Below the pieces are notes generated by a model, which saw only the letters and a program-made list of their open reading frames with translations, was not told where the DNA came from and did no database searches. This document shows positions 27,459 through 37,960 of a DNA stretch of 64,000 nt, in pieces. The stretch lies in the NCBI GenBank assembly GCA_035512955.1, contig DATKCZ010000002.1:22242-86241 (forward strand), in the 5' to 3' direction. Position 1 is the stretch's first letter. Every line of letters starts with the position of its first letter. A program made the translations under genes and the position numbers. Origin of the DNA: Acidimicrobiia bacterium. GTDB taxonomy: Bacteria; Actinomycetota; Acidimicrobiia; Spongiisociales; ZC4RG35.

Positions 27459-29968
27459 ACCTGGAACTGGCCCTCGCGGTACTCGACCGTCACGCCATTG
27501 GTCGAGTTGACCAGATCGTCCTCGCCTGCTCTGACCCGGTCGAGGAACTCGGGATGGCCCCGGACCTCGATGCGCTGCACTGGAGCCTTCATCGAGGTGT
27601 TGGCGTCCGATTTGACCCTTCTCACCTCACCGAGGACGGCCGACACCGCCTCGAGGACGGCGGAGTCGCCGGTGAGCCCTCCGAGCTCCTCCGGGGCCGG
27701 CCAGGGAGCCAGGTGCACCGAGCCCTCCCGCCACCAGCTCCAGACCTCCTCGGTGACGAAAGGGAGGAACGGGGCGAACAGCCGCAGGTAGACCCGCAAC
27801 GCCAGCTGCAGGGCGGCATGTGCGGACTCACCCGAGGGGCCCCCGTTGTAGGCGCGTGACTTGACCAGCTCCAGGTAGTCGTCGGTCCAGTTCCAGAAGG
27901 AGCGCTCGGCCACCTCGAGGGCCCGGGCATAGTCATAGCCCTCGAACGCCTCCGTGGCGCTCTGGACCGTCGCGGCCAGAGCGGCCAGCATCGAACGGTC
28001 GAGGGGCTCGGTGATCGCCGACAGCTCGACGTCGTCATCGGAGAAGGCCAAGGCGAAACGTGAGGCGTTGAGGATCTTGATCGCAAGACGACGACCGATC
28101 TTCATGACCCCGAAGTCAACGGCGGTGTCGACCCCGGGGCGCCCGTTGCACGCCCAGTACCGGACGGCCTCGGCGCCGTACTCCTCGATGAGGGGCATCG
28201 GGGTGACCACATTGCCCCTCGACTTGGACATCTTCTTGCGGTCGGGGTCGAGGATCCATCCGTTGAAGGTGGCGGTGTGCCAGGGAAGGAAGCCATGTTC
28301 GAAATGCGCCCGGACGACGGAGGAGAACAGCCAGGTCCGGATGATCTCCGGACCCTGAGGACGGATGTCCATGGGGAAGACGCGGTCGAAGAACTCCGGG
28401 TCCCCGGCCCAGTGCCCCACGATCTGTGGTGTCAACGAGGACGTCGCCCAGGTGTCCATGATGTCGGGATCGCCCACGAAACCACCCGGCACGCCCCGCT
28501 GGGTCTCGTCGTAGCCCTCAGGGGCGTCCGAGCTGGGATCCACGGGGAGCTGGACGCCGGCGGGGAGGATCGGCGACCCGTACTCGATCTCGCCGCTCTC
28601 GGAGACCGGGTACCAGAGGGGGATGGCGACGCCGAAGAAGCGCTGCCTCGAGATCAACCAGTCGCCGTTGAGCCCTTCGACCCAGTGGCGATATCGAACC
28701 CGCATGAAGTCGGGGATCCATTCCAGCTCTTCGCCGCGTTCGAGCAGTTCCTTGCGCAATTCGTCGTCCCGGCCGCCATTGCGGATGTACCACTGGCGGC
28801 TGGTGACGATCTCGAGGGGGCGGTCCCCCTTCTCGTAGAACTTGACCGGATGGGTGATCTCCCGCGGCTCACCGTCGAGGTCGCCCGAGTCGGCGAGGAG
28901 CTCGGCGATCCTCCGTCGCGCCTGGTTGGCGAAGAGACCGCCGATCTCGGAGTAGACCCGAGCTCCATCTCCGGTGAGCCACTCTGGCGGCGTATCCTGG
29001 AGACGCCCGTCGTGCTGGATCACCGCCCTGGTGGGGAGGTCGAGCTCACGCCACCAGGTGACGTCGGTGGTGTCACCAAAGGTGCAGATCATGGCGACAC
29101 CGGTCCCCTTGTCGGCGTCGGCCAACTCGTGAGAGACCACGGGCACCTCGACCCCGAACAGCGGCGAGGTGACGGTCGAGCCGAACAGTGGCCGGTACCG
29201 CTCGTCCTCGGGATTGGCTACCAGGGCCACACAGGAACAGATCAGCTCGGGACGGCTGGTCTCGATGAAGAGGGGCGAGCCGTCGGCTTTGCGAAAGGCC
29301 ACCCTGTGGTAAGCCCCGGTCTTCTCTCGATCCTCCAGCTCGGCCTGGGCGACCGCCGACTGGAAGTCGATGTCCCATAGGACCGGGGCCTCCTGGGAGT
29401 AGGCCTCTCCCCGCTCGAGATTGTTGAGAAACGCCTTCTGGCTGGTCAGCTGACTCAGATCGTCGATGGTCGCGTAGGTCTGGGTCCAGTCGACCGAGAG
29501 CCCGAGGGTGCGCCACAGGTTCTCGAAGACCTTCTCGTCCTCCGCGGTGAGGCCGTGGCACAGCTCGACGAAATTGCGTCGGCTGATCGAGATGGGCGGG
29601 TCAGGCGGCTCGACCGGCGGGGTGAAGTCCTTCTGGTACGGCAGTGAGGGATCACAGCGCACCCCATAGTGGTTCTGCACCCTTCTCTCGGTGGGCAGCC
29701 CGTTGTCGTCCCAGCCCATCGGGTAGAAGACTTCTTTGCCCGCCATCCGGCGGTAGCGGGCGTGGGCGTCGGTCTGGACGTATCCGAAGACCGATCCCAT
29801 GTGCAGCGACCCGGACACCGTCGGCGGAGGGGTGTCGATGGAGAAGATCTGGTCGCGGGTCTTGGAGGCATCGAAGCGATAGATGCCGTTGGTCTCCCAA
29901 TGCCGGTCCCACTTGGCTTCGAGACCTTCGAGCCCTGGCTTCCCGGGGATGTTACGGGTCATGTCCAC
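27428..29968 (-). CDS. valS: Valine--tRNA ligase
   Basis: 846 aa. FSIDTPPPTVSGSLHMGS (HIGH region), GWDDNGLPTERRVQNHYGV and KMSKSRGN (KMSKS), the actinobacterial ValS type. Confidence 0.9.
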   Translation of the reverse strand: MDMTRNIPGKPGLEGLEAKWDRHWETNGIYRFDASKTRDQIFSIDTPPPTVSGSLHMGSVFGYVQTDAHARYRRMAGKEVFYPMGWDDNGLPTERRVQNHYGVRCDPSLPYQKDFTPPVEPPDPPISISRRNFVELCHGLTAEDEKVFENLWRTLGLSVDWTQTYATIDDLSQLTSQKAFLNNLERGEAYSQEAPVLWDIDFQSAVAQAELEDREKTGAYHRVAFRKADGSPLFIETSRPELICSCVALVANPEDERYRPLFGSTVTSPLFGVEVPVVSHELADADKGTGVAMICTFGDTTDVTWWRELDLPTRAVIQHDGRLQDTPPEWLTGDGARVYSEIGGLFANQARRRIAELLADSGDLDGEPREITHPVKFYEKGDRPLEIVTSRQWYIRNGGRDDELRKELLERGEELEWIPDFMRVRYRHWVEGLNGDWLISRQRFFGVAIPLWYPVSESGEIEYGSPILPAGVQLPVDPSSDAPEGYDETQRGVPGGFVGDPDIMDTWATSSLTPQIVGHWAGDPEFFDRVFPMDIRPQGPEIIRTWLFSSVVRAHFEHGFLPWHTATFNGWILDPDRKKMSKSRGNVVTPMPLIEEYGAEAVRYWACNGRPGVDTAVDFGVMKIGRRLAIKILNASRFALAFSDDDVELSAITEPLDRSMLAALAATVQSATEAFEGYDYARALEVAERSFWNWTDDYLELVKSRAYNGGPSGESAHAALQLALRVYLRLFAPFLPFVTEEVWSWWREGSVHLAPWPAPEELGGLTGDSAVLEAVSAVLGEVRRVKSDANTSMKAPVQRIEVRGHPEFLDRVRAGEDDLVNSTNGVTVEYREGQFQVHAELADSSS

Positions 29969-30083
29969 GGCCGAGGGTAATGCTCGCGCCCGGCCGAAAC
30001 GGAACCGGGGGACATCGCATGGCCGGGGATCGCGACCGGTGATCCACGCACGAGGGCCGACCCTCGCGTCTTATCCTGGACAC

Positions 30084-30509
30084 ATGGAACAACGTTTGAG
30101 TCTGGTGACACTCGGGGTGGGCGACCTCGAGCTCGCCCGCACGTTCTACCGCAACCTGGGGTGGACGGAGAGCGCCGACTCCACCGAGGACGTCGTCTTC
30201 TTCCAGGCAGGTCAGATGGTGCTCGGTCTCTGGGATCGCCAGCGCCTGGCAGAGGACAGCGGCGTCGAGGACACCAATGGATGGGGAGGAGTGACCCTCG
30301 CCTACAACACACGGTCCCCGGGCGAGGTCGACGCCGTGATCGAGGAGGCGCGCTTCGCCGGCGCCACCATCTCACGCGAGCCGGGCGACACGTTCTGGGG
30401 CGGGTACTCGGGTGTTTTCATCGACCCCGACGGTCATCCGTGGGAGGTGGCCCACAACCCTGGATGGGCGATCGGGGAAGACGGCTCGATAACACTGTCC
30501 TCCAGTTAG
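30084..30509 (+). CDS. VOC (glyoxalase/bleomycin-resistance) family protein
   Basis: LSLVTLGVGDLELARTFYRNLGW and FIDPDGHPWEVAHNP. The start is at ATG 30084, and the track ORF opens at 29883. Confidence 0.8.
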   Translation: MEQRLSLVTLGVGDLELARTFYRNLGWTESADSTEDVVFFQAGQMVLGLWDRQRLAEDSGVEDTNGWGGVTLAYNTRSPGEVDAVIEEARFAGATISREPGDTFWGGYSGVFIDPDGHPWEVAHNPGWAIGEDGSITLSSS

Positions 30510-30556
30510 CCGGTAGACAGGCTCGGAGGAAGCCCAACGCCAATACAGTGGGGGCC

Positions 30557-31720
30557 ATGGAGAACCAGGGATACCTGCTCATCGCCGACATCACCGGGTA
30601 CACCGTGTATCTGGAGGAGTCGGAGCTGGATCACGCCAAGGGGAGCCTCACCGACCTCCTCGAGCTCCTCATCGATCACACCAACCCGCCTCTCGTCGTC
30701 TCCGGGCTCGAGGGAGACGCCGTCCTCAGCTATGCGCTCCGCGCGGGCTTCGTCAACGCCCAGACATTCCTGGAGAGCATCGAGGACACATATGTGGCCT
30801 TTCGTCGGGCCATCGAGTTGATGGTCGTCAACAACACCTGCCGCTGCAATGCCTGCGCCAACGTCTCGTCGCTCGATCTCAAGTTCTTCATCCACTATGG
30901 GACCTTCGCCCTTCAAGACGTCGGTGACCATCAGGAGTTGATGGGCAGCGACGTCAACCTGATCCATCGGCTGCTCAAGAACTCGGTGACCGCGGAGACG
31001 GACATTCGCGCCTACATCCTGTGCACCGAGGCCGCCGAGCGCGCCCTCGGTATCGAGGGCACCTCGGAGACCGTGATCGCCCACACCGAGGTGGTGCAGG
31101 ATTTCGGGGAGGTGAAGGTGTGGATCAGGGACATGCACCCGCTATTCGAGGAGACGCGTGACGAACAGAGGATCGAGTACTCGCAGGACGAGATCGTCGA
31201 TTCGGATTCCATTGTCGTGGGGATGCCACCAGAAGTCCTGTGGGATTACCTCAACCAATCCGAGTTCCGCAACATCTTGACCGGAGACTCACGGTTCGAG
31301 GTACTCAACCGCAAGGACGGAAGAGTCGGAACCGGATCGGTGTACCAGTGCTATCACGGCAAAAAAGTGGTGTCTCAGGTCGTAGTGGAGTGGCGCCCCT
31401 TCGAACGGCTGGTGTTGCGAACACAACTGCCATTCTCGGGGACGCCGGCGTATGTCGATGTCGACTGTCGCCTGGAGCCTATGGCGGAGGGAACTGAGCT
31501 GACCAGGGTCTTCGCCCGCGTGAGCGGCCCCGCCCTGAAACGACTTGCGGCGAATCTGATGCTGAAGATGATGAAGCAACGGAACCGCCGCGACTTGGAG
31601 CACTTCCGCGACGCGGTCGAGGCCGATTTTGCCGAGTACCAGGAGCTGAGAGGCGATCTCTCCGGTCCGATCACCACCGAATCCATCTCGGAGGCGGCCG
31701 CGGCCAGCCTCCGTTCGTGA
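30557..31720 (+). CDS. Nucleotidyl-cyclase-homology (DUF2652-like) domain fused to an SRPBCC domain
   Basis: YLLIADITGYT, LEGDAVLSY and IHYGTF...MGSDVNLIHRL align with class III cyclase motifs. The C-terminal half is START/SRPBCC-like. The start is at ATG 30557, and the track ORF opens at 30161. Confidence 0.65.
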   Translation: MENQGYLLIADITGYTVYLEESELDHAKGSLTDLLELLIDHTNPPLVVSGLEGDAVLSYALRAGFVNAQTFLESIEDTYVAFRRAIELMVVNNTCRCNACANVSSLDLKFFIHYGTFALQDVGDHQELMGSDVNLIHRLLKNSVTAETDIRAYILCTEAAERALGIEGTSETVIAHTEVVQDFGEVKVWIRDMHPLFEETRDEQRIEYSQDEIVDSDSIVVGMPPEVLWDYLNQSEFRNILTGDSRFEVLNRKDGRVGTGSVYQCYHGKKVVSQVVVEWRPFERLVLRTQLPFSGTPAYVDVDCRLEPMAEGTELTRVFARVSGPALKRLAANLMLKMMKQRNRRDLEHFRDAVEADFAEYQELRGDLSGPITTESISEAAAASLRS

Positions 31721-31723
31721 GCC

Positions 31724-34700
31724 CTACATGTTGCGGCGGTACCGGCCGCCCACCTCGTAGAGGGCCTGGCTCATCTGGCCCAGTGAGGCAACCTTGGCGG
31801 TCTCCATGAGCTGGGCAAAGATGTTCTCGCCGTGGACGGCGACCCGTTGCAGCTCGGCCAACGACTCGGCGGCCCGGTCTGAGTTGCGGTCTTGGAAGGC
31901 CCTCAGGTTGGCGATTTGACGGTCCTTTGCATCATCGGTGGAGCGGATCAGCTGACTGGGGATCTCGAAGGGCGACCCTTCCTTGGAGATGAAGGTGTTG
32001 ACCCCGACGATCGGGTACTGCCCGGACTCCTTCTGTTGCTCGTAGTAGAGCGATTCCTCCTGGATCTTGGTGCGCTGGTACTGCCGCTCCATCGCCCCGA
32101 GCACTCCCCCACGGCCGTTGAGCCGCGCGAACTCGGCGAGCACCGCCTCTTCGACCAGGTCGGTGAGCTCATCGATGATGAAGCTGCCCTGGAGCGGGTT
32201 CTCGTTCTTGTTCAACCCGAGCTCTTTGTTGATGATCAACTGGATGGCCAGGGCCCGGCGCACCGACTCCTCGGTGGGCGTGGTGATCGCCTCGTCGTAG
32301 GCGTTGGTGTGGAGGCTGTTGGCATTGTCGTAGAGGGCGTAGAGCGCCTGGAGGGTGGTGCGGATGTCGTTGAACCCGATCTCCTGGGCGTGCAGTGACC
32401 GGCCGGAGGTCTGGATGTGGTACTTCAGCTTCTGGGACCGCTCGTTGCCGCCGTACTTGTGCTTCATGGCCTTGGCCCATATCCGGCGGGCCACCCGGCC
32501 GACGACGGCGTATTCGGCGTCGATGCCATTGGAGAAGAAGAAGGAGAGGTTGGGGGCGAAGTCGTCGATGTCCATCCCCCGGGCCAGGTAGTTCTCGACG
32601 AAGGTGAACCCATTGGCGAGGGTGAAGGCGAGTTGGGTGATCGGGTTGGCCCCGGCCTCGGCCATGTGATAGCCGCTGATCGACACCGAATAGAAGTTCC
32701 TGACCTCGTTGTCCACGAAGTACTGCTGGATGTCACCCATCATCCTGAGGGCGAACTCGGTGGAGAAGATGCAGGTGTTCTGGGCCTGGTCCTCTTTGAG
32801 AATGTCGGCTTGGACCGTGCCGCGGACCACGGACATGGTCTCGGCCTCGAGCCTCTCGTAGACTTCGGCTGGGAGCACCTGGTCCCCGGTCACACCGAGG
32901 AGACGCAGCCCGAGACCGTCGTTGGCGGAGGGCGGGACGCCGTGATACCGGGGCCGGGGCCGGTCGCGGTAGATGCGGTCGATCGTCTCCTCGACCTCGT
33001 CCCAAAGGTGGTGGTCGGTGATGTAGGTCTCACACGCCTGGTCAATGGCGGCATTCATGAAGAAGGCCAGGATCATCGGCGCCGGGCCGTTGATCGTCAT
33101 CGACACCGAGGTGGTCGGGTCGGAGAGGTCGAAGCCGGAATAGAGCTTCTTGGCGTCGTCGAGGGTGGCGATCGACACCCCCGAGTTGCCCACCTTGCCG
33201 TAGATGTCGGGCCGCTCGTGAGGATCGTCGCCGTAGAGGGTGACCGAGTCGAAGGCGGTGGAGAGTCGTTTCGCCGGCATCCCCTCGGCCAGGTAGTGAA
33301 ACCGGGCGTTGGTCTGCTCCGGCGGCCCCTCCCCGGCGAACATCCTCGCCGGGTCCTCTTCGGACCTCTTGAAGGGAAAGACCCCCGCGGTGTACGGAAA
33401 ACGACCGGGCACGTTCTCCTGGAGCAGCCACTCCAAACGGTCGCCCCATGATCGGTATCGGGGAAGCGCCACCTTGGGCACCCGGGTGTGGGACAGGGTC
33501 TCGCGGTACAACGGAACCGGGATCTCCTTGCCCCGGACGTGGTAGATGAGCTCCTCCCCGGAGTACTCGGCGACCATCCCCTCCCACCGCTCGAGTGAGC
33601 GCAGGTTCTCGGGGTCGATAGCATCCCGGGCTCGGGCGATCGCCTCGCTGATGTCGGCCTCGGTCTCCTCTGCGGCCCCGGTGAGACGGTACAGGAGGTC
33701 GGCGGCGGCGGCTTGGCTGCCGACCCAGCTGTCATAGTCGCGGATCTCCTCGGTGATCTCGGCGAGATAGCGACTGCGCTCCGGCGGCACGACGTGTTGT
33801 TTGGCGGTCTGGTCCACCGGCAGGTCGAGGGTTGAGGTGAGCCCGAGTCGGGAGACGAAGGCGCGGTAGAAGCGGTTGGTCCCCGGGTCGTTGAAGTCGG
33901 AGGCGATGGTCAGATACACGGGGAGATCGTCGTCGCCCGCATCGAAGGCGAGGTGATTTCGCTTGTACTGCTTGCGCACATCGCGCAGCGCGTCGAGGGC
34001 GCCCTGCTTGTCGGCCTTGTTGATCGCCACCATGTCGGCAAAGTCCAACATGTCGATCTTCTCCAGCTGGGTCGCCGCCCCGTATTCGGGAGTCATCACA
34101 TACAGGGCATGATCGGAGTAGTCGACGATCTCGGTGTCCGACTGGCCGATCCCCGATGTCTCCAGGATAACCAGGTGGTAGCCGGCCGCCTTGACGATGT
34201 TGACCGCCTGATGAACGTGGGGGGAGAGTGCCAGGTTGGCCTGCCGGGTCGCCAGCGAGCGCATGTACGCCCTCGGATGAGGTAGCGAGTTCATTCGGAT
34301 GCGATCCCCGAGCAGCGCCCCACCGGAACGTCGCTTCGATGGGTCGACCGAGATGATGGCGATCCTGAGGTCGTCGAAATCGGCGAGCAGGCGTCTCACC
34401 ATCTCGTCGACGAGACTCGACTTCCCCGACCCGCCCGTACCGGTGATGCCGATGACCGGGGTATCCGATTCGAGCGCCTTCGCCTCGACCCGCTCCCACG
34501 TGTCGGCGTACTTCTCGGGGTAGTTCTCCGCCGCCGAGATGAGGTGGGCCACCACCCCGGTGTTGGCGGTGGTCAGCGAGGAGAGGTCGAAGTCGTCGGC
34601 CAGCTCGCCGGTCGGATAGTCCGAGCGGGTCAGCATGTCGGCCACCATCCCGGTCAGACCCAGGGCCCGTCCGTCGTCGGGCGAGTAGATCCTGGTCACC

Positions 34701-35056
34701 CCGTAACGGGCCAACTCCTCGCCCTCCTCGGGGAGGATGGTCCCACCGCCGCCACCAAAGATGCGGGTTCGGGCGGCGTCGCGCTCGACCAGGAGGTCGC
34801 GAAGGTACTTGTAGAACTCCATGTGGCCGCCCTGGTATGAGGTGACCGCGATGGCATGGGCATCCTCCTGTACGGCCGCGTCGACGATGTCCAACCCGGA
34901 GCGGTTGTGACCGAGATGGACCACCTCCGCACCCGACGCCTGCAGGATTCGCCGGAAGATGTTGATCGAGGCGTCGTGACCGTCGAAGAGGGTGGTGGCG
35001 GTGACGAACCGGACCTTGTTCGCCAGTTCCGTCTTTTCTCGGTGGGATTCACTCAT
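31724..35056 (-). CDS. icmF: Fused isobutyryl-CoA mutase (B12 domain, MeaB-like GTPase, mutase domain)
   Basis: 1110 aa. [26 protein letters not shown] (B12 domain), [12 protein letters not shown] and NKADK (G domain), and a C-terminal acyl-CoA mutase barrel. Confidence 0.9.
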   Translation of the reverse strand: MSESHREKTELANKVRFVTATTLFDGHDASINIFRRILQASGAEVVHLGHNRSGLDIVDAAVQEDAHAIAVTSYQGGHMEFYKYLRDLLVERDAARTRIFGGGGGTILPEEGEELARYGVTRIYSPDDGRALGLTGMVADMLTRSDYPTGELADDFDLSSLTTANTGVVAHLISAAENYPEKYADTWERVEAKALESDTPVIGITGTGGSGKSSLVDEMVRRLLADFDDLRIAIISVDPSKRRSGGALLGDRIRMNSLPHPRAYMRSLATRQANLALSPHVHQAVNIVKAAGYHLVILETSGIGQSDTEIVDYSDHALYVMTPEYGAATQLEKIDMLDFADMVAINKADKQGALDALRDVRKQYKRNHLAFDAGDDDLPVYLTIASDFNDPGTNRFYRAFVSRLGLTSTLDLPVDQTAKQHVVPPERSRYLAEITEEIRDYDSWVGSQAAAADLLYRLTGAAEETEADISEAIARARDAIDPENLRSLERWEGMVAEYSGEELIYHVRGKEIPVPLYRETLSHTRVPKVALPRYRSWGDRLEWLLQENVPGRFPYTAGVFPFKRSEEDPARMFAGEGPPEQTNARFHYLAEGMPAKRLSTAFDSVTLYGDDPHERPDIYGKVGNSGVSIATLDDAKKLYSGFDLSDPTTSVSMTINGPAPMILAFFMNAAIDQACETYITDHHLWDEVEETIDRIYRDRPRPRYHGVPPSANDGLGLRLLGVTGDQVLPAEVYERLEAETMSVVRGTVQADILKEDQAQNTCIFSTEFALRMMGDIQQYFVDNEVRNFYSVSISGYHMAEAGANPITQLAFTLANGFTFVENYLARGMDIDDFAPNLSFFFSNGIDAEYAVVGRVARRIWAKAMKHKYGGNERSQKLKYHIQTSGRSLHAQEIGFNDIRTTLQALYALYDNANSLHTNAYDEAITTPTEESVRRALAIQLIINKELGLNKNENPLQGSFIIDELTDLVEEAVLAEFARLNGRGGVLGAMERQYQRTKIQEESLYYEQQKESGQYPIVGVNTFISKEGSPFEIPSQLIRSTDDAKDRQIANLRAFQDRNSDRAAESLAELQRVAVHGENIFAQLMETAKVASLGQMSQALYEVGGRYRRNM

Positions 35057-35146
35057 CTCGACAACAGCCCAAAGGGACTAGTTACAACTGTACCGCCCAA
35101 TTGACCCTTCCCCTGCTCTGTTCACACCGGGGGAAACCCGACTAGA

Positions 35147-35467
35147 TTGATTCTCGCAATGGCTCAATTCAATGGGCGACTTCAGGGGCCGAATCTCGAG
35201 CCCAGCACGGTGCTGATCGACATCGGGGACGGACGGTTCCGTGTCTCTGCCGGGCGGATACAGCTCGGCTCTTGGGCGCTGGAACGTGTCACCGCGGAAC
35301 GGGCGTCGATCTACAGATTCTCCCTCGATATCAACGGGGAGCACTTCGAGTTCTACCCCGACGACCCGACGAGCTTCTCCGACACCATCGGTGCTGTCAT
35401 CGACTTGACCGAATCCAAGGGCCGATTCGGTCTGCGCGAGCGCATCGAGCGGGCTGCCAGCGGCTAG
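35147..35467 (+). CDS. Hypothetical protein (about 100 aa)
   Basis: ORF only, with a TTG 35147 or ATG 35159 start. A possible TTCACA-N16-TAGATT promoter ends at 35148. It shares a roughly 55-aa domain with the N-terminus of the 44613-45320 protein. Confidence 0.45.
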   Translation: MILAMAQFNGRLQGPNLEPSTVLIDIGDGRFRVSAGRIQLGSWALERVTAERASIYRFSLDINGEHFEFYPDDPTSFSDTIGAVIDLTESKGRFGLRERIERAASG

Positions 35468-35497
35468 CAACGCAATTCACGCTGGCAGAATGAGCGG

Positions 35498-36238
35498 ATG
35501 GTCCGCCGACTGATTCGACGCGGCGCAATCGCCGGGATGGTCGTGCTCGCTGTCGAGGCGGCTTATGCCCTGCTGCGCCCTGCCCCGCGACTCGAAGACT
35601 TCGACCCCTCGGGTGTGTTCGGGGACCCTTCCCACCCGTCGCTGCGGGTCGCGGTGCTCGGTGACTCCTCGGTCACCGCCCCTGGAGTGGCCGGCCCTCA
35701 CGAGATCTGGGTCTCGCTGATCTGTGAGCGGCTCGCCAGGGATCGACATGTGGTCCTCGGGTCGTTCGCGGTCGGGGGATCCATGGCCCATGACGTCATC
35801 GTCAACCAACTGGAGGAGGCGGTTCGATTCGACCCGGACCTGATCTTCGTCTCCGTGGGGGCCAACGACGTGATCAAGGGGGTGCCCATCGGTCGGTTCG
35901 CCGCCAACCTCGACCACTTGATCTCCACATTGGCCGACACCGGCGCCGTGGTGGTCCAGACCGGGGTGGGTGTCCTCGGCACGATCCCCAGGCTCCATCC
36001 GCCGTTGAGCCATTTGATGTCACGTCGGGCCGAGCGCTTCGATCGGGTGCATTGGCGGATCGCCGAGACCCATGGCACGGCCGTCGTCGACCAACGCAGT
36101 GACGATGCCGGTGTCTGGAACACCGATCGCTCGCTGTGGGCCGAGGACTTCTTCCATGTCAGCGCCGCCGGGCACGCCCGGTGGGCAGAGACGGTGTGGC
36201 GGACCGTCGATCCTCTCCTCAACGGCGCGAGTGGATAG
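35498..36238 (+). CDS. SGNH/GDSL-family hydrolase
   Basis: Block I VLGDSS, block III VGANDV, and block V DFFH. Confidence 0.8.
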   Translation: MVRRLIRRGAIAGMVVLAVEAAYALLRPAPRLEDFDPSGVFGDPSHPSLRVAVLGDSSVTAPGVAGPHEIWVSLICERLARDRHVVLGSFAVGGSMAHDVIVNQLEEAVRFDPDLIFVSVGANDVIKGVPIGRFAANLDHLISTLADTGAVVVQTGVGVLGTIPRLHPPLSHLMSRRAERFDRVHWRIAETHGTAVVDQRSDDAGVWNTDRSLWAEDFFHVSAAGHARWAETVWRTVDPLLNGASG

Positions 36239-36644
36239 GACCGAGGCCCTGGCGTTCCTCGAGTCGAGCCGGGTGGGCCGTCTCGCCACCACTCGCCCCG
36301 ACGGCCGGCCCCACGTCGTCCCCGTCACCTTCGCCAGGACCGGTGCGGTCATCGTGACGATGATCGATCACAAACCGAAGACGACCACGAGACTGCAACG
36401 TCTGGCCAACATCGAGGCCCACCCCGAGGTCAGTCTTCTCGTCGACGAGTGGTCGGAGGACTGGCGCAGGCTCCGCTGGGTGCGGGTGGACGGCAGCGCC
36501 CTGATCCACGAGCGAGACGACATGTGGCGGGAGTCTCGTGTCGCGTTGGCCGCCAAGTACTACCAATATCGGGATCGGCCCCCGGAGGGGCCAGCCGTCG
36601 TGATCTCGATCGACCGCGTCGTCAGCTGGGCGAGCACTCGGTGA
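36231..36644 (+). CDS. PPOX-class (pyridoxamine-5'-phosphate-oxidase-like) probable F420-dependent enzyme
   Basis: ALAFLESSRVGRLATTRPDGRPHVVPVTF. GTG 36231 overlaps the SGNH stop by 8 nt. The track ORF opens at 36072. Confidence 0.7.
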   Translation: MDRTEALAFLESSRVGRLATTRPDGRPHVVPVTFARTGAVIVTMIDHKPKTTTRLQRLANIEAHPEVSLLVDEWSEDWRRLRWVRVDGSALIHERDDMWRESRVALAAKYYQYRDRPPEGPAVVISIDRVVSWASTR

Positions 36645-37164
36645 CAACCTTCTCGGTGGCCAGCCAGTCGACCCGCTCATCGTGGTCCCGCATGGGGACT
36701 GCGTCGACCACCCGGCGTTCGATCGTGATCCCCACCGCCACCGAGTCGGCACGTCTCGCCGACAGGATCCGGTCGTAGAATCCCCCTCCGTTGCCCAGCC
36801 GGCCACCGCTGCGGTCGAAGGCGAGGCCGGGGGTCAAGAACAGGTCGATCTCGTGCACCGGGACCGCCGGGCCGGTGTCGGTCGGTTGCTCCATCCCGAA
36901 ACGGTGCACCTCTCTCGGCACGTCCTTGTCCCGAAAGGTCAAGGTCCGGTCGTCCTCGACCCGGGGCAGGACCCATCGCCACCCCGGCAGCCGATCGAAC
37001 AACGGGCTGATGTCGACCTCACCGGACATCGCCAGGAAGGCGGACACCGTCCCGGGAAGACGGCGCGACATCCAGGGAAAGAGCCTGGCGACGACGCGGG
37101 CGCTCGAGTCTGCGGAGACCATCCCCTGGTCCCGGATCATCGCCCGCAACTCCTGTTTGTCCAC
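36622..37164 (-). CDS. 5-formyltetrahydrofolate cyclo-ligase
   Basis: FLAMSGEVDISPLF, TPGLAFDRSGGRLGNGGGFYDRIL. GTG 37164 gives about 180 aa. The track ORF extends to 37410 over the plsC-like start. Confidence 0.8.
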   Translation of the reverse strand: MDKQELRAMIRDQGMVSADSSARVVARLFPWMSRRLPGTVSAFLAMSGEVDISPLFDRLPGWRWVLPRVEDDRTLTFRDKDVPREVHRFGMEQPTDTGPAVPVHEIDLFLTPGLAFDRSGGRLGNGGGFYDRILSARRADSVAVGITIERRVVDAVPMRDHDERVDWLATEKVVTECSPS

Positions 37165-37201
37165 GACGGGGAGGGTAGACCCGCCACTAGCCTCGGCCCC
37201 G

Positions 37202-37960
37202 ATGCGCTGGCCGCTGACCCTCTTTCGCACCGTCGTCACCTGGACCGTCGGGGTCGCGGTCACCATCATCGGTGCGGTCTCGGTCATCGGCCTCGTGTTG
37301 GTCGACCCGGCCTCTCCCCGGATCGAGCGGGTCATCCACTGGTGGAGTCGCGCCTGGCTCCGCGCCTCGGGCACCAAGCTCACCGTCGAGGGACAGGACA
37401 ACATCGCCACCGATCGCTCCTACGTGGTCGTCTCCAACCACCTATCCACCTTGGACATCATGGTGTGTTTCCTGGCCGTGCCGTTGCCGATCCGGTACCT
37501 CGCCAAGAAGGAGCTCTTCCGCATCCCGCTCCTCGCCCAGGCGATGCGAGCCGTCGGGATCATCGAGGTCGATCGCGCCGCCCGGGGGGCCGTCCACAGC
37601 TCGGTGAATCGCCAGGCCAAGGGTCTGATCGAGCACAATCGGAGCCTGATCATCTATGCGGAGGGAACCCGGCCACGCGACGGGGTGATGAAGCCATTCA
37701 AGAAGGGCGCCTTCACCATGGCCATCGCCAGCAAGTTGCCGGTGCTGCCCCTCTCGTTACACGGCACTTATGAGGCGGCGGTGCCGGGCAAGCCCTGGTT
37801 CCAGGGTGGCCCGGTGACCGCGATCGTGGACCCGCCGGTGGAGACCGAGGGCATGACCCAGGCAAACGCCGATGCCCTGCGGGACCTGGTCCAGGAGATC
37901 ATCGCCAAGAGGGTCAGCGACCTCGGTGGCCCGGTTGGTTGGAATCGGGATCAGTCGTAG
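37202..37960 (+). CDS. 1-acyl-sn-glycerol-3-phosphate acyltransferase (PlsC family)
   Basis: HX4D motif NHLSTLD, YAEGTRPRDG, and an N-terminal TM. ATG 37202, and the track ORF opens at 36791. Confidence 0.85.
   Translation: MRWPLTLFRTVVTWTVGVAVTIIGAVSVIGLVLVDPASPRIERVIHWWSRAWLRASGTKLTVEGQDNIATDRSYVVVSNHLSTLDIMVCFLAVPLPIRYLAKKELFRIPLLAQAMRAVGIIEVDRAARGAVHSSVNRQAKGLIEHNRSLIIYAEGTRPRDGVMKPFKKGAFTMAIASKLPVLPLSLHGTYEAAVPGKPWFQGGPVTAIVDPPVETEGMTQANADALRDLVQEIIAKRVSDLGGPVGWNRDQS

Noticed and set aside
26870-27859. 329-aa ORF starting at the rarA stop and running through the SRPBCC gene and into antisense valS
   Set aside because: It has no motif and is out of frame with the well-supported SRPBCC ORF and antisense to valS. 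Its Pro/Arg/Gly-rich composition is typical of spurious high-GC ORFs.
29969-30083. T-box or other leader upstream of valS, and likewise upstream of proS at 57052-57143
   Set aside because: There is no T-box core sequence (AGGGTGGTACCGCG-like) and no specifier-loop architecture. Only short GC hairpins are present (for example CGAGGG-CCGA-CCCTCG).
35821-35834. GGTTCGATTCGACC, a T-loop-like string that might indicate a tRNA
   Set aside because: It lies inside the SGNH hydrolase reading frame and has no flanking acceptor or anticodon stems. I recognised no tRNA elsewhere in the window.
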